A stretch of 64,000 nucleotides of DNA, taken from Promethearchaeota archaeon. GTDB taxonomy: Archaea; Asgardarchaeota; Lokiarchaeia; Sigyniarchaeales; SOKP01. Numbering within the stretch: position 1 is the first letter of the stretch; each line of letters opens with the position of its first letter. The translations under genes were made by a program, and so were the position numbers. Below are positions 40,494-51,883 of the stretch, in pieces. The stretch covers positions 64,001 to 128,000 of the forward strand of contig JAEOUA010000008.1 of the NCBI GenBank assembly GCA_016839555.1. Reading direction: 5' to 3'. The notes under the pieces are model-generated. The model made no database searches. It was not told the DNA's origin and saw only the letters and a program-made list of their open reading frames with translations.

Positions 40494-42428
40494 TTGAGCA
40501 TTAAAGGGTTAGAGGATACTTTAGATTTTTTGGAAAGAAAGATAATAGGGAAAAGGTTCAATTTAAAAACCAGTGATAAGTTATTTTTTGAAATCATTAA
40601 TAGAAAAAAACAGTTCTTTAATCAATTTCAAAATAAAATAAAAATAAAATGGCAAGAATTTGAAAATAAAAATAGAAAAAATTTCTTAAAAAAAACCTAT
40701 ACCGACTTTTTTAATGAAAGATTTAATGAATTTTTTATTGAATTTCTAGAACAATTTTTTTCTTTAGACTCCCCAAAATCATTAAAATTAATTTCTAAAG
40801 AGAAATTATCGTCAGAACTCTTATTAATTGAGTACAAGTATAATTTATCTACAAAAGAAGCACATTTATTTCAAGAATATCGCGAAAAATTGAAACTTAA
40901 AGAACAAGGATTATTTTTTCATATTACCTACTTATACCAAATTCTTAAATCCCTAAACATAATTTATAAACAAATTATTCAAAAACCTTTTGAAATAACT
41001 TTAGAGGGAGCTATTTTAGATCAAGATACAGACAATGAGTTTGTACATTTTTTAGTAATCATTAAGAGTAATAGATTAAAATTGCACGAATATTATTATC
41101 AAATGATCTTGTTTAATTATTTTAAACAACTCAAGGGAATTCCTGATAATATTTTAGAAAGATTCGAACAGGGAAGGGAAGATCTATTTCATTTTGCAGT
41201 CAAATATTACTCAAAACCTGAAATGAGAGAAAAATTAATTGATTTATTATATTTCTTTTATAAGAAATGTACCTTATTAAAATCAATTCGCCCCTTATTA
41301 GATTTTTTTAATTTTGTATGTTCACGTGTCGAAGATTCTGTATTTTCTAAGATAGAAATTATAAAAAAAGATTATTTGAGTAATTTCGACTATGACATAG
41401 AAACAAAAAACAACTTGATTAATATATTCAATTTTTTAGATAGATCATCTACATTAAGCAGTACTTTTCTTGCAAATAATTTACCTTCAAGAGAATCACA
41501 GTTAAATCTATTCTCTTTATATAGAAAGTATTATCTAGCAGCGGGATTAGAAACATTGGAAAGTGAAAATTTATTATTCATGCCAGATCTTTTTAGAAAA
41601 AAATTAAATAATTACAATTTAACCATTAAAAATAAAAATATTATTGATTCATATTCTATAAAGACTATTAATAGTTTTTTAGATTTTTTATTACCAATAA
41701 TAAATTCAGAGAATAAGGATATATTTTTTCAAATAATCTTTAATAAAACTGTTTCTGTTCTTAACTATGAATTTTTTAAGACATTTTTAAGGAGCTTGAA
41801 TAAAAAATTATTTAAATTAATAGGAGAAGATAAAAAAAACAAATTAAATTCTTCTAAGAAACATTTTTCTTTCGAATTTCTAGTAGCCCATATTTCTCAT
41901 ATGTTGTATGTGTTAATTGATAAATTATTCTTACACAAAAATTTAGAAAAAGCTTCAAAGAATTTTATTGACACGAAAGGAAGGTATATCGCGAAAAATA
42001 TCGCCCTAAGAATATTCGAATTGTTGATGTTTCAAGATATGAATTTTTCTGATGATTTATGGCCAAACTTTCTCCTTAGTATTAATAAAGAAAAGGTTCT
42101 TAAAATAATTAAAGAACAACAGATAAAAATTCAAGATAAATCTTTTTATAATGATAATGATTTAACGCGATTGCTCATTACTTATAATTTTCAATCTTCT
42201 TCACATGGAATACTGCTTGAAGAATGGCTCTTAAAAGATTTGATCATTCCGTGTAATAAATTTATAATAACCATTCGAAATTCTATCTCTAATATAAATA
42301 ATAGGAATGAGATTTTTGAAACACTTAATCAATATTTTTCAAAAGGAGTAGAAGATAAGACAGCTATTATGGAAATTAATAATATCTGCCTAAAATTAAC
42401 AAATTTTTGGATTGAAACCATTGTTTAG
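40494..42428 (+). CDS. Large hypothetical protein
   Basis: 644-aa open frame; no motif recognised. Confidence 0.7.
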   Translation: MSIKGLEDTLDFLERKIIGKRFNLKTSDKLFFEIINRKKQFFNQFQNKIKIKWQEFENKNRKNFLKKTYTDFFNERFNEFFIEFLEQFFSLDSPKSLKLISKEKLSSELLLIEYKYNLSTKEAHLFQEYREKLKLKEQGLFFHITYLYQILKSLNIIYKQIIQKPFEITLEGAILDQDTDNEFVHFLVIIKSNRLKLHEYYYQMILFNYFKQLKGIPDNILERFEQGREDLFHFAVKYYSKPEMREKLIDLLYFFYKKCTLLKSIRPLLDFFNFVCSRVEDSVFSKIEIIKKDYLSNFDYDIETKNNLINIFNFLDRSSTLSSTFLANNLPSRESQLNLFSLYRKYYLAAGLETLESENLLFMPDLFRKKLNNYNLTIKNKNIIDSYSIKTINSFLDFLLPIINSENKDIFFQIIFNKTVSVLNYEFFKTFLRSLNKKLFKLIGEDKKNKLNSSKKHFSFEFLVAHISHMLYVLIDKLFLHKNLEKASKNFIDTKGRYIAKNIALRIFELLMFQDMNFSDDLWPNFLLSINKEKVLKIIKEQQIKIQDKSFYNDNDLTRLLITYNFQSSSHGILLEEWLLKDLIIPCNKFIITIRNSISNINNRNEIFETLNQYFSKGVEDKTAIMEINNICLKLTNFWIETIV

Positions 42429-42433
42429 AATTT

Positions 42434-42940
42434 TTATTTGATATTGAAGATCTTTAAAAAGTGGTCGAAATCCTCTTTTATATTTATTATAGGTGTTTTT
42501 AAATTAATCCTCTCCATTTCATCTTGGCTTAAAACTATTTGGGATAAAACCATTTTCACATTGCTATTTAATTGTTCTTCAATTTCTTCTATATTTCTAA
42601 CACATAAAACTGTTGGAGCTTTTAGGCTTCTAAATCCTTCTGTAAATACAATGTCAATTTTAAATGGTCCTAATTCCATCCATTCTATGAGATTTTTTAT
42701 TGAAATGTTTTTTTTAATGAAAATTGTACTTTCATCATAAATATTTTTAGCAACCGTATAATTTGATCCAGCTTCAGCAAAAAGAGATGTATCCTTTCCT
42801 TCTTCATCAATTTGATGTTTATGAATGTTTTTTATTACGGCAGATTCCATATTATATTTTTCTCTAAGCAATTTTATTGTTTTTGTTATAAAATAAGTTT
42901 TTGAACTTCCAGAATAGCCAATGAAATTTATTATCTTCAT
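42434..42940 (-). CDS. mobB: Molybdopterin-guanine dinucleotide biosynthesis protein B
   Basis: GYSGSSKT, IK..H, D.EGKDT, EGFR. Confidence 0.88.
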   Translation of the reverse strand: MKIINFIGYSGSSKTYFITKTIKLLREKYNMESAVIKNIHKHQIDEEGKDTSLFAEAGSNYTVAKNIYDESTIFIKKNISIKNLIEWMELGPFKIDIVFTEGFRSLKAPTVLCVRNIEEIEEQLNSNVKMVLSQIVLSQDEMERINLKTPIINIKEDFDHFLKIFNIK

Positions 42941-43036
42941 ATTATATCATTTTCTTTAATTTATCTTATGTATAAATAAACATTAAAATAATTAGTACAT
43001 TTTTATAAATCAAATTATAAATAACTTAATCTTTAT

Positions 43037-45031
43037 ATGTCAGAAAAAAGAAGAGAAGCTCTTATTTTTGATGCGAATTTCTTTATTTGTATGCTTTCTA
43101 TTAAAGTAAAAAAGATCTTACAGAAATTAGAAGATGTCGCTTCTGAATTAGGATTTCAATATTATATTACAGAAAATGTTTTTAATGAAATAAAAACTTC
43201 TTCTGATTTTAAAGAGGAACTCAAAAGAATTATAAATATTGAAAAAATAGATGATAAAGAAATTAATACATTAAAAGAAAATTTAAAAAAAAGAAATATA
43301 AGATTTCCTGCTCAAGATCCAGATTTATCTTTAATAATTTTAGCTGAAAGACTCACAAAGAATAAAAGATTCAAAAAAGTACACATAATAACTGATGATT
43401 TCAAGTTAGCAAAAAATACGGCTATTTTACATCCCAAAAAGATAAATATTTTATCACTTTCCAGTTTTCTATTAAAAATCCATAGGGGTATATCAAAATC
43501 TCAGATGAGAAACTATTTTAAAAATGTATGGCAACAATCGCTTAATTATACTTTAGGATATATGCTGGATTCCGAGCGATTAAAATTGTATAAAGCAGAA
43601 AAAAAAATCACGTGGCTTATTGAGCGAGCAATAAGCGTTACACAAGATTCCATCTTAACCCAAGATTCATGTTTAGAAGAAAATCAAATGGAATTTGGGA
43701 TATGTACACCAAAACATGAAAAGGAGTTGGCAGTTGCCGAAAGATATATCGAAGGGCAAAAAATTCCTCAAAGTGATGAAGAAAAAGTATATAATATTAT
43801 TAATTTCTTAGAAAATCTTAAGATTTCTCGGGAATATATTAAAAAATCTCGAAATGCGATCATAAAAAATGATTCGAAAAGCGCAGTAAAGTATTTAAAG
43901 AAAGGAAATGGATTTCTCGTCTCATTATTGCAATTAGCATCCGGAAAAATTAATAACTTGAGTGACTATGAAATTGTGGAGCAATTGATTTGTTCTGAAA
44001 TTTCAAAAATGGAATTTTTACGAGCGTTTTTATTAGTATCTTTAGGTCATATCAATTCCGCTATCGATTCACTTGAGCGAGCTGCTTTATTTTCTACAAT
44101 AATTCATAATTATCAAACATGTCTTACTTTAAATTATATTAAAGCGTTAATCCTTTTATTTCACGGCTTTTATCAAAATTCTATATTAGCATACAATTTT
44201 ACAGAAGAATTGGCAGAAGTCTATAAAAATGAAAAATTAAAGTTGAAATGCGCTATAGGGAAGGCGATTGCTTTACACATACAAGGGGGAGAAGATGATA
44301 AAGAAGCCGCAATGGGAATTATGAGTGAAATTTCTGATATCAATCTTAAAGAAAATATAGTGGATGCGATTATTGTTTTTAGTGAGCTCGGGGATTATTT
44401 TCTCGCATTAGGTCATTCTCAAATTGCAACAAATTTATATAATGAAAGTATGGAGATGGCGATAGATGCGGGATTGAATTGGAAGGTGGATATTTTAATA
44501 GAAAAATTAAAACGAGCTTACATAGCAACAGTAATCAATGGATATCAGGCTCAAGAAATCGTGGATAATTTAGATTTATTACTCAATAGAGCCTATAAAG
44601 TTAAAAATATTGAGGAATATAATGAACAAATAAAAAAAATAGCGAGTTTTAATAAATTATTTTATACTCCATTTGAGTATATAAAAGGAAAGAAAAAATT
44701 TATTAAATACAATGCCCTTCCTGATGCATTAAAAGATACATATTTAGAAGCTGTTCATTTTATTAAAGAAAGGGATAATCAAATACTTTTTATTGTATCT
44801 CATTATGAATTAGGCTTATTAGGTATTAGATTAAAAACAGACCAGAATATAACAGGTATTGCTGAAAATTATAGTCTTAGAATAAAACCCCATACACATA
44901 TAAAAATCTATGATGCGGAAAATGAATTAAAAGAACTTTATCTAATACGAGCTGTCATAGAAATTAAAGAAGTTGATGGTGTAGAAATATTATACAGTTT
45001 ACCTTCCTTTTTCAAGCAATTAAATCTTTAA
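43037..45031 (+). CDS. PIN-domain + TPR-like protein
   Basis: LIFDANFF, VFNEI, DPDLSLI, ITDDFKL followed by helical repeats. Confidence 0.75.
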   Translation: MSEKRREALIFDANFFICMLSIKVKKILQKLEDVASELGFQYYITENVFNEIKTSSDFKEELKRIINIEKIDDKEINTLKENLKKRNIRFPAQDPDLSLIILAERLTKNKRFKKVHIITDDFKLAKNTAILHPKKINILSLSSFLLKIHRGISKSQMRNYFKNVWQQSLNYTLGYMLDSERLKLYKAEKKITWLIERAISVTQDSILTQDSCLEENQMEFGICTPKHEKELAVAERYIEGQKIPQSDEEKVYNIINFLENLKISREYIKKSRNAIIKNDSKSAVKYLKKGNGFLVSLLQLASGKINNLSDYEIVEQLICSEISKMEFLRAFLLVSLGHINSAIDSLERAALFSTIIHNYQTCLTLNYIKALILLFHGFYQNSILAYNFTEELAEVYKNEKLKLKCAIGKAIALHIQGGEDDKEAAMGIMSEISDINLKENIVDAIIVFSELGDYFLALGHSQIATNLYNESMEMAIDAGLNWKVDILIEKLKRAYIATVINGYQAQEIVDNLDLLLNRAYKVKNIEEYNEQIKKIASFNKLFYTPFEYIKGKKKFIKYNALPDALKDTYLEAVHFIKERDNQILFIVSHYELGLLGIRLKTDQNITGIAENYSLRIKPHTHIKIYDAENELKELYLIRAVIEIKEVDGVEILYSLPSFFKQLNL

Positions 45032-45074
45032 ATTAGGTAAGAGTTAAAAAAATGTAAGACAACTAAAGGATAAT

Positions 45075-45350
45075 TTACTCTTTTTTTCTTTTATCTTTTG
45101 CTCGCTGAGACACAACCCCAGAATGAACCGCACAGCTGATGCAGAGGTACTTCCTATTCTGACCACCTAGAATGATAGTGCCGTCTTTTTTAAGCTCCTT
45201 ATACATTCTTCCATCTACTAATCTTGTTGTACCAGTAACTACTTTAGCTTTCGCCCGAGGGACACTTCGACCACATTTAGAACATTGAACACTCTTATAT
45301 CTTCCCTTTGATGAACCAGATTTACCTCCTGACTTTCTTTTTCGCGCCAC
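45075..45350 (-). CDS. rps26e: Small-subunit ribosomal protein eS26
   Basis: VQCSKCGRSVPRAKA...LCISCAVH. Confidence 0.95.
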   Translation of the reverse strand: MARKRKSGGKSGSSKGRYKSVQCSKCGRSVPRAKAKVVTGTTRLVDGRMYKELKKDGTIILGGQNRKYLCISCAVHSGVVSQRAKDKRKKE

Positions 45351-45449
45351 CTTTCATATCACCTCATTTTTTATTATTATCCTTTAATATCTAAATATTT
45401 TGAGAATTATAAGATTTTTTATTTTATTAGAAAATTTTTTAAAAGAGAA

Positions 45450-46124
45450 TTATTTCTTCGGAACTTTTTTAAGAGATTTTCGAATATGAATAATTCTCTG
45501 CCCTAAAGTAAAGATAAGTGTAATTATAAAACATTTTATAAAAATTGGGAAGAAATACTCAAATGGATTTCCCGTTAGCCATAAAGTAATGGCATACACA
45601 TATATTTCAATAATTATCGCTACTATTAAAATGATTAATCTTTCCGCTCTTTCAAGAAACCCAACTCCCTTCATATTGACCTCCTCTACTTCTGCTCGAG
45701 ATCTGGTATAAGATATCATTATAACTAAAAATAACATAAGAAATCCTTCAATAAAACCTACTAAATTTCCATATATTAATCCGAAAATAATTACAGAATC
45801 TGAAATTCTATCAATATTAGAATCTAAAAAGGAACCTTCTGGACTCACTTGTCCCGTTTGCCTAGCAACTTCTCCATCGAAAACATCTAAAACCCCCGAA
45901 ACAATTATTAAAATAGGGGGTATCCAGGCCAAGAAAAAGTTTCTATGAATAAAACCTAATCCAATTAAAATACCCCCAGCTAAAGAGCTTAAAAATCCTC
46001 CAAATGATAGAAAATTTGGAGATATATTGTATTTAATTAAGTAGGATACAGGTTTATCAATAATCTTATTTAAAAATTTTTTTTGTATTTTTCTTTTTTG
46101 AGTGGGTTCATCGATATCTGACAT
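45450..46124 (-). CDS. CDP-alcohol phosphatidyltransferase (archaetidylinositol-phosphate synthase-like)
   Basis: DVFDGEVAR...GSFLDSNIDRISD, SYTRSRAE, ERAER. Confidence 0.93.
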   Translation of the reverse strand: MSDIDEPTQKRKIQKKFLNKIIDKPVSYLIKYNISPNFLSFGGFLSSLAGGILIGLGFIHRNFFLAWIPPILIIVSGVLDVFDGEVARQTGQVSPEGSFLDSNIDRISDSVIIFGLIYGNLVGFIEGFLMLFLVIMISYTRSRAEVEEVNMKGVGFLERAERLIILIVAIIIEIYVYAITLWLTGNPFEYFFPIFIKCFIITLIFTLGQRIIHIRKSLKKVPKK

Positions 46125-46181
46125 ATATAATTCACATTTTAATAAAATAGATTGATGATTGGATATACTAAAGAAAAATAT

Positions 46182-46778
46182 CTAAAGGAAAAAAGCCAAT
46201 TTGAGTTTCACCAAGCGTATTACCGTAGAGGCCAATAAAGACTTAGTTCCTAAACTTATTTCGGGAATATTTAGTTTTAAAAATTCTAAAGACCTAATAA
46301 AATCTTCGCTTTGATTGCCGATAATCAAAAATAATTCTTTTTTTAGCTTGATTTTACCTAATAATTTAGTAAAAGAACAGCCTGATTCTTTTAAAAGAAA
46401 AACATTTTTTCCTTGTTCTTGTAGTTTTTTTAAGCATCCAATAAGAGAGATGCTTTCTTTCTTAATTGAATTTAATGGGTTTTGTTGGTTTTTATTTGTT
46501 CCAGAAATTTTTATTAATTTATAAATATAATCTGAAAGTAAGAGTTCATCCTTTGGAAATATAGAATAATTTAATTCAACTGTATTAAATATATAGGTGC
46601 CATATTTCTTAAAAAAGATCATAAATAGTATATTGTTATCAAATTTATCTTTATTCAAAAGAGCTGACAGGATACAACGCGAGATTACATCTAATCTCCC
46701 AGATGACCCAGGAATATCTTTTATAGTGTAATTATCTAAATTAATTGTATCGGATTTCATTAAAAAAATTATTTTCAA
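46182..46778 (-). CDS. trmY: tRNA (pseudouridine54-N1)-methyltransferase-like SPOUT protein
   Basis: DIPGSSGRLDVISRC, LKESG, ISLG..SLLAS. Confidence 0.75.
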   Translation of the reverse strand: MKIIFLMKSDTINLDNYTIKDIPGSSGRLDVISRCILSALLNKDKFDNNILFMIFFKKYGTYIFNTVELNYSIFPKDELLLSDYIYKLIKISGTNKNQQNPLNSIKKESISLIGCLKKLQEQGKNVFLLKESGCSFTKLLGKIKLKKELFLIIGNQSEDFIRSLEFLKLNIPEISLGTKSLLASTVIRLVKLKLAFFL

Positions 46779-47015
46779 GATACTAAAGACTTTATTTTAA
46801 TTTTATAATTATTAATCTAATTTAATATGAAAATAATAATTGAATCATTTTAATAATAATTATTAAAAAGATAATTGGAAAAAAAATAAGATTTGAATTT
46901 TTTATTAAAAGATTTCTTAACCATGAATATTTAAAAACATATATTATCCACATTCTTGAAATTGAATAGAATTTATTTAAAATAAGTGTAAAAAAAATAA
47001 AAAAAAATAAAGAAT

Positions 47016-47867
47016 TTAATAGAATGCAGCTCTTCTTGCTCCTAATGCAAATAATCCATAAAAAATTCCATTTATTCCTGCTGTTATCGAAACATTTATG
47101 ATTATTGAAATTAAATCAGGTGTCGGCGGGGAGTATGCTACATTAAAAGTGCCTACAGCCATAAATGTCCCATGAATAGTCCAGCCTAGTGTATTATTAA
47201 TAATCAAATACTGAGTAATAAAGTCTTTATTATTTATTTCTAACAATAGAAACGAATTTAGAATTGTTTGATCGGGAGTCCATCCCAATACTAAATCGAA
47301 AGCAACAATAAGATTCCCAACACTTTCTAGACCACCTAATTCTGTTATCATATATTGATAGAGAATAATAGTACTGGGGAGTTGAGGTAATCCTAATAGA
47401 TTAAGGATTAAAGATGTTTCGAGAGTTGATGGTCCTTTCTCTTCATAAGTTCCAATAATAGACATAAATATATTTGAGGTTCCACCAGATAAAGATTGTA
47501 CAATAGGTAAAGCAATAAAAGCTAGTATTAATACCATGATATAAGCTGTAAGTACGGTTAAACCCCAGCCTCCGAAGCAAGCACCTTTTGATTCTCCAAA
47601 ATAACCAGATAGTACTGCTGCGATTACGCAAGCTACAATTGCGCCTATTGCAAGAAGAATTAAACCAAGATTTCCACCAGAACCAATTATATTAGTTATT
47701 AAATAGCTTGGTAAGAAGAAAATAGACTGAACAAGAAGCCCTATTATTGATAAAGGATTAAATTCTTCAAATCCATATGTTAATGTAGTATATATTAGTC
47801 CGAATGTTATATTTATCCCAAAAAATGCCGCTAAACTTATCAAATAACTCTTATGTATAGAAGCCAT
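47016..47867 (-). CDS. Hypothetical membrane protein
   Basis: Multiple hydrophobic helices; ATG start; downstream T-rich tract. Confidence 0.7.
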   Translation of the reverse strand: MASIHKSYLISLAAFFGINITFGLIYTTLTYGFEEFNPLSIIGLLVQSIFFLPSYLITNIIGSGGNLGLILLAIGAIVACVIAAVLSGYFGESKGACFGGWGLTVLTAYIMVLILAFIALPIVQSLSGGTSNIFMSIIGTYEEKGPSTLETSLILNLLGLPQLPSTIILYQYMITELGGLESVGNLIVAFDLVLGWTPDQTILNSFLLLEINNKDFITQYLIINNTLGWTIHGTFMAVGTFNVAYSPPTPDLISIIINVSITAGINGIFYGLFALGARRAAFY

Positions 47868-48070
47868 TTTTAATTTTTCCTCTATTTTATTGGATAATAA
47901 TTAATAATTGATTATTTAATTATAAAAATATAATTATTTATAAATTTTGACAATAAATCTATATAAAGAGAAGAAGGAATTCATACGACCTCTAATATGA
48001 AAACTAATTATTTTTTTAAGTTTTAGAATTATTTATCTAAAAAATATGATAATATAAGGTTTTAATCTTC

Positions 48071-51000
48071 TTAATAAGTTTTTTCTACCCAACTCTCAAG
48101 GTCGAGATATAATTTTTTCAATTGTTCGATTTGATTTTCGTTCGCCTCCCAATAACCTCTTTGTTCCGCTTGTAGCATATTTTTAATGATATCCATCATT
48201 GCAAATCTATTATTCTCTGTTAATGCATTTCTAATCTCTTCATTCTCAATATATTGATTATATGCTTTATTCCAAATCCAATTATCAACTTTATGAGTAG
48301 TTGCAGCAAGTCCAAGGATATTTTCTACTCTCTCTGCTACCTTCTGTCCTCCATGATAATTATGTTCTAAAAGAGCTTTAATCCATTTCGGGTTTAAGAT
48401 ACGGGTTATAGTTCCTTCTTTGATACTATTTTCTAATGTCTCAACTCTAATATTTTTGGAAGTTGAGTCGGCAATGTAAACATTTGACTTTTTTCCACTT
48501 AATTCTTCATAAGTTCTTACCAAACCACCAGTGAATTCATAATAATGGTCTAAATCAGTAATTTGATACTCAGAAGAATCTCGGATTTGACTCATTAAAT
48601 TAATTTTACTTACTGCTTTAGAAAATGTATTAAAACTTCTTTTTACCTTCTGATTTTTCATATATGCGAAACACATATTATTTAGATAATCTTTAACTAA
48701 TTCTTTCTCTTCACCCCATTTTCCTGCAGATATAATATCAGTGAGATTAGTATTATATTTTCCAGGAGGGGGTCCAAAAATTCTAGCCTCCGGCTCCTCA
48801 ATTCCTTCCGATTTTAATTCTTCAACAGATTTTTTAATATAATTTTGATCTAGAGGTTCATCTAACTCATTTACTAACTCGAAAGCTTTATTTATAAGTT
48901 CTAAAAGATAAGGAAAGGTATCTCTAAAAATTCCCGCGATGGTTACAATTACATTTATTCTTGGATGAGTCATTTCTTCAAGTGGAATAATTTCAAGTTC
49001 CGTGGTCCAAATTGATTTGTTTTTAACAGCCCTCACGCCAAGGTAATTAAAAATTTGTCCAATTGTTTCTCCACCGGTTTTCATTGTTTCAAAAGCCCAT
49101 AAGACGACACTTGTTGTTTCTGGATATTGCCCATTTTGTACTTTATAATTTTGAATTAGTTTTTCGGCGATCTCAGAACCTCTTCTATATGCAGTTGTAT
49201 TTGGTATTAATCTTGGATCAAATCCGAAGGAATTTCTCCCTGTTGGAAAGATTTGAGGGGATCTAATAGGATCTCCGCCTAACCCTGGGATAATATATCC
49301 TCCTTCCATAGCATGTATGATGTTCTCCATTTCCATTGAACTATCTAATCGCTGGAGAAAAGGAATTATCCAATTCTTAAGAACTTCTATTTCTTCTTTA
49401 GAGAAATTGAATTTATCTAAAATATCTTTATGTAATTGGTCTATTAAAGCATTATCAATATTTTTTGGTGATATTAATGATGCTAAAAAGTTTTTTAAAT
49501 AAGATTCTATATTTTTAGCTCGTTCTTCTTCATCTTTACCAAATTTTTTTATGCCTTCTTCTATTTCATGAGGTATTTCCGCGGAATTAAGTAAAATCAT
49601 TTGAATAAGATCTATTTTTTCTTGTAGATTATAATTTTTTCCCAATATATGTAATCCCATCGGGATTACCGACGTTTTATATCTATATAAAAGATCCTCT
49701 AATTCAGAAATATTATTAAATTCAAGATTTAAAGAATTTGCCAATTCATTTATTTCTTTTTCAAGATCCTTTATTCTTTCCGATTTAACATTATTAATCG
49801 AATCGGTAGCGCTTAATTCTACTTTAGATTGATATTCTTCTATTAAAAGTTCTAAATTCTCAATTTCTTGATATAATTCTGAATGTTTAAATGAAGGTCC
49901 AGCATGGTTTATAATTAATGCATTTGCCCTTCTTTTTGCAATAGCCGATTCACTGGTATTTGTTACATGATAATAATAAATATTTGGTAAATTTCCAATT
50001 AAATATATATTAAAATCATTGATTTCTCCAGCGCATTCTTTTCCAGGCAAAAATTCTTCAGTTCCATGGGTTCCTATGTGAATAAATGCATCAACATTAG
50101 CAATTTGATCGAGATATTTATAAAATGCTAAATATTCATGATGAGGTGGAAGATTTCGATCATGATATTCATTAGGATCTCCAGATACAGTGCTTCTTGC
50201 TGGTTGTAAACATAGATAAATATTACCATATTGAATTATTGGTAATTTTAAACCTGAATTTTGGGTCATAATTTCTCCTGGAGGGGCTCCCCAAAATTCT
50301 TTTATTTCATTCTTCAGAGTATCTGGTAATTGTTCAAAAAGTTTTAAATATTGTTCATTCTCTAAGAAAATACCATTGAATTCCTCAATATTTGTCATTT
50401 TTGGGCAATTAACTGAACCCCCTCTAATAAAAATATCTCCAAGTGTCTTATCTTCAGGAAAGTCTCCTATAAAATATCCTTCTTTTTTAAGCTTTTCAAA
50501 TAAATTTGAAACTGATTCCGTCACATCTAAGTATGCAGCATTTCCTATTTTATCTTCACCAGGAGGATAATTATATATTATAATGGCTATTTTCTTTTCG
50601 TTATTTAATTTTTGACGTAAATTTAACCATTTTCTAATTCTATTTGAAATTAATTTTATATTTTCTTCTAATGGAACGGTTTCCAATATATCAGAGTTTA
50701 TCAATTCGGAATAGCCAAGATTTTTCATGCAACCCACGGTCATCATCTCAAGCCTTCCATCCAATTCTGGCATGACTATTGCAATAATTTGGTTTATTGG
50801 AATAATTCCTTCTTGAGAAGCTCTATACTCTTCTATAGTCATACTGAATTGAATTATTGGATTGAAATGAGGAACATCTAATTTTTGATAAAGTTCCAAA
50901 GTTGTTGTGGAGTCTCCCCCATATGGTCCTCCATTTAATTGAAAATATTGCAAATTTATAATAGCACTTACAATCTGTTGTTCATTATGAAAAAAAAATT

Positions 51001-51883
51001 CTTTATGAGCTTCTATATTAGTAAAGACTTCAGAAAAAACAGGAATTACATTAAAATCATCCAAATATTCCATAAATTTTTCGACGATCGGAAGGGATTG
51101 TTCAAAATAAAGCCCTCCATAGAAAAACAGACCAATTGTTTGTTTCGCTGGATCATAATTAATTTTTTCTAAATAATTATCGAGATTATTGAAATATTGA
51201 TTTAATTTAACATCATATATTCCATAAGAAGGGATTTTTTCAGGTTTATGTACATCAAGTTCATCATACCCTAAGTAATTTTTCAATAAAAATAGGATCA
51301 TATTTTTATGATTCACACCAATTCCTCCTAAACCATACACATAATAATCCATCATAAGACCCCAATATCTTGCATGTTTGATGGCTCTAACGGGAAAGAT
51401 TTTTCCAATAACTTTGATTAATTTTGTCATTCGTTGCCCAAATCTTACAGCATCCGTGAGGTCTGGAATTTCATCTAATCCATAATCATTTTGACTAGAA
51501 GAGGGAATTTTTTTTGCTTTAAAAGGACCCATTTTGGTAAGTTTTCTAATTTCACTATTACCCCCTACTAATGCGATTATATTTTTTTCTTCATAAAGGT
51601 CTGGCTGGTTTTCCTCCATTTGATTATAAGTTTTTACTAAAATTTCTGCCGTGGGACAGTTTCCTCTAATATCTATTAACATAATATCTGAGTTATATAT
51701 TTCGTCTATGAATTCTTTCTCAGGTATCTTTCCAGAGTCAATATCCTTTAAAAATAGCATTTTAAAATCGAAAATATGACCAAATTCATCATAAATTTCT
51801 CTTATCCCTTCTGTGAGCCATTTTACAAAAATAGAGGTGGAAACTAACGTTATTTTGGGTATTGACTCCTTAGCTTTATTAAT
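48071..51883 (-). CDS. cobN: CobN/BchH-family chelatase large subunit
   Basis: MPELDG, YNYPP, HIGTHGTEEFLPGK, AKRR, PTGRN, DLDHYYE; frame extends 41 codons beyond the ATG at 51760 to an ATT placed 7 nt after AGGTGA. Confidence 0.92.
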   Translation of the reverse strand: MNKAKESIPKITLVSTSIFVKWLTEGIREIYDEFGHIFDFKMLFLKDIDSGKIPEKEFIDEIYNSDIMLIDIRGNCPTAEILVKTYNQMEENQPDLYEEKNIIALVGGNSEIRKLTKMGPFKAKKIPSSSQNDYGLDEIPDLTDAVRFGQRMTKLIKVIGKIFPVRAIKHARYWGLMMDYYVYGLGGIGVNHKNMILFLLKNYLGYDELDVHKPEKIPSYGIYDVKLNQYFNNLDNYLEKINYDPAKQTIGLFFYGGLYFEQSLPIVEKFMEYLDDFNVIPVFSEVFTNIEAHKEFFFHNEQQIVSAIINLQYFQLNGGPYGGDSTTTLELYQKLDVPHFNPIIQFSMTIEEYRASQEGIIPINQIIAIVMPELDGRLEMMTVGCMKNLGYSELINSDILETVPLEENIKLISNRIRKWLNLRQKLNNEKKIAIIIYNYPPGEDKIGNAAYLDVTESVSNLFEKLKKEGYFIGDFPEDKTLGDIFIRGGSVNCPKMTNIEEFNGIFLENEQYLKLFEQLPDTLKNEIKEFWGAPPGEIMTQNSGLKLPIIQYGNIYLCLQPARSTVSGDPNEYHDRNLPPHHEYLAFYKYLDQIANVDAFIHIGTHGTEEFLPGKECAGEINDFNIYLIGNLPNIYYYHVTNTSESAIAKRRANALIINHAGPSFKHSELYQEIENLELLIEEYQSKVELSATDSINNVKSERIKDLEKEINELANSLNLEFNNISELEDLLYRYKTSVIPMGLHILGKNYNLQEKIDLIQMILLNSAEIPHEIEEGIKKFGKDEEERAKNIESYLKNFLASLISPKNIDNALIDQLHKDILDKFNFSKEEIEVLKNWIIPFLQRLDSSMEMENIIHAMEGGYIIPGLGGDPIRSPQIFPTGRNSFGFDPRLIPNTTAYRRGSEIAEKLIQNYKVQNGQYPETTSVVLWAFETMKTGGETIGQIFNYLGVRAVKNKSIWTTELEIIPLEEMTHPRINVIVTIAGIFRDTFPYLLELINKAFELVNELDEPLDQNYIKKSVEELKSEGIEEPEARIFGPPPGKYNTNLTDIISAGKWGEEKELVKDYLNNMCFAYMKNQKVKRSFNTFSKAVSKINLMSQIRDSSEYQITDLDHYYEFTGGLVRTYEELSGKKSNVYIADSTSKNIRVETLENSIKEGTITRILNPKWIKALLEHNYHGGQKVAERVENILGLAATTHKVDNWIWNKAYNQYIENEEIRNALTENNRFAMMDIIKNMLQAEQRGYWEANENQIEQLKKLYLDLESWVEKTY

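Noticed and set aside
42895-42920. MobB P-loop GYSGSSKT lacking the second Gly
   Set aside because: A single substitution; cannot be told from tolerated variation without an alignment
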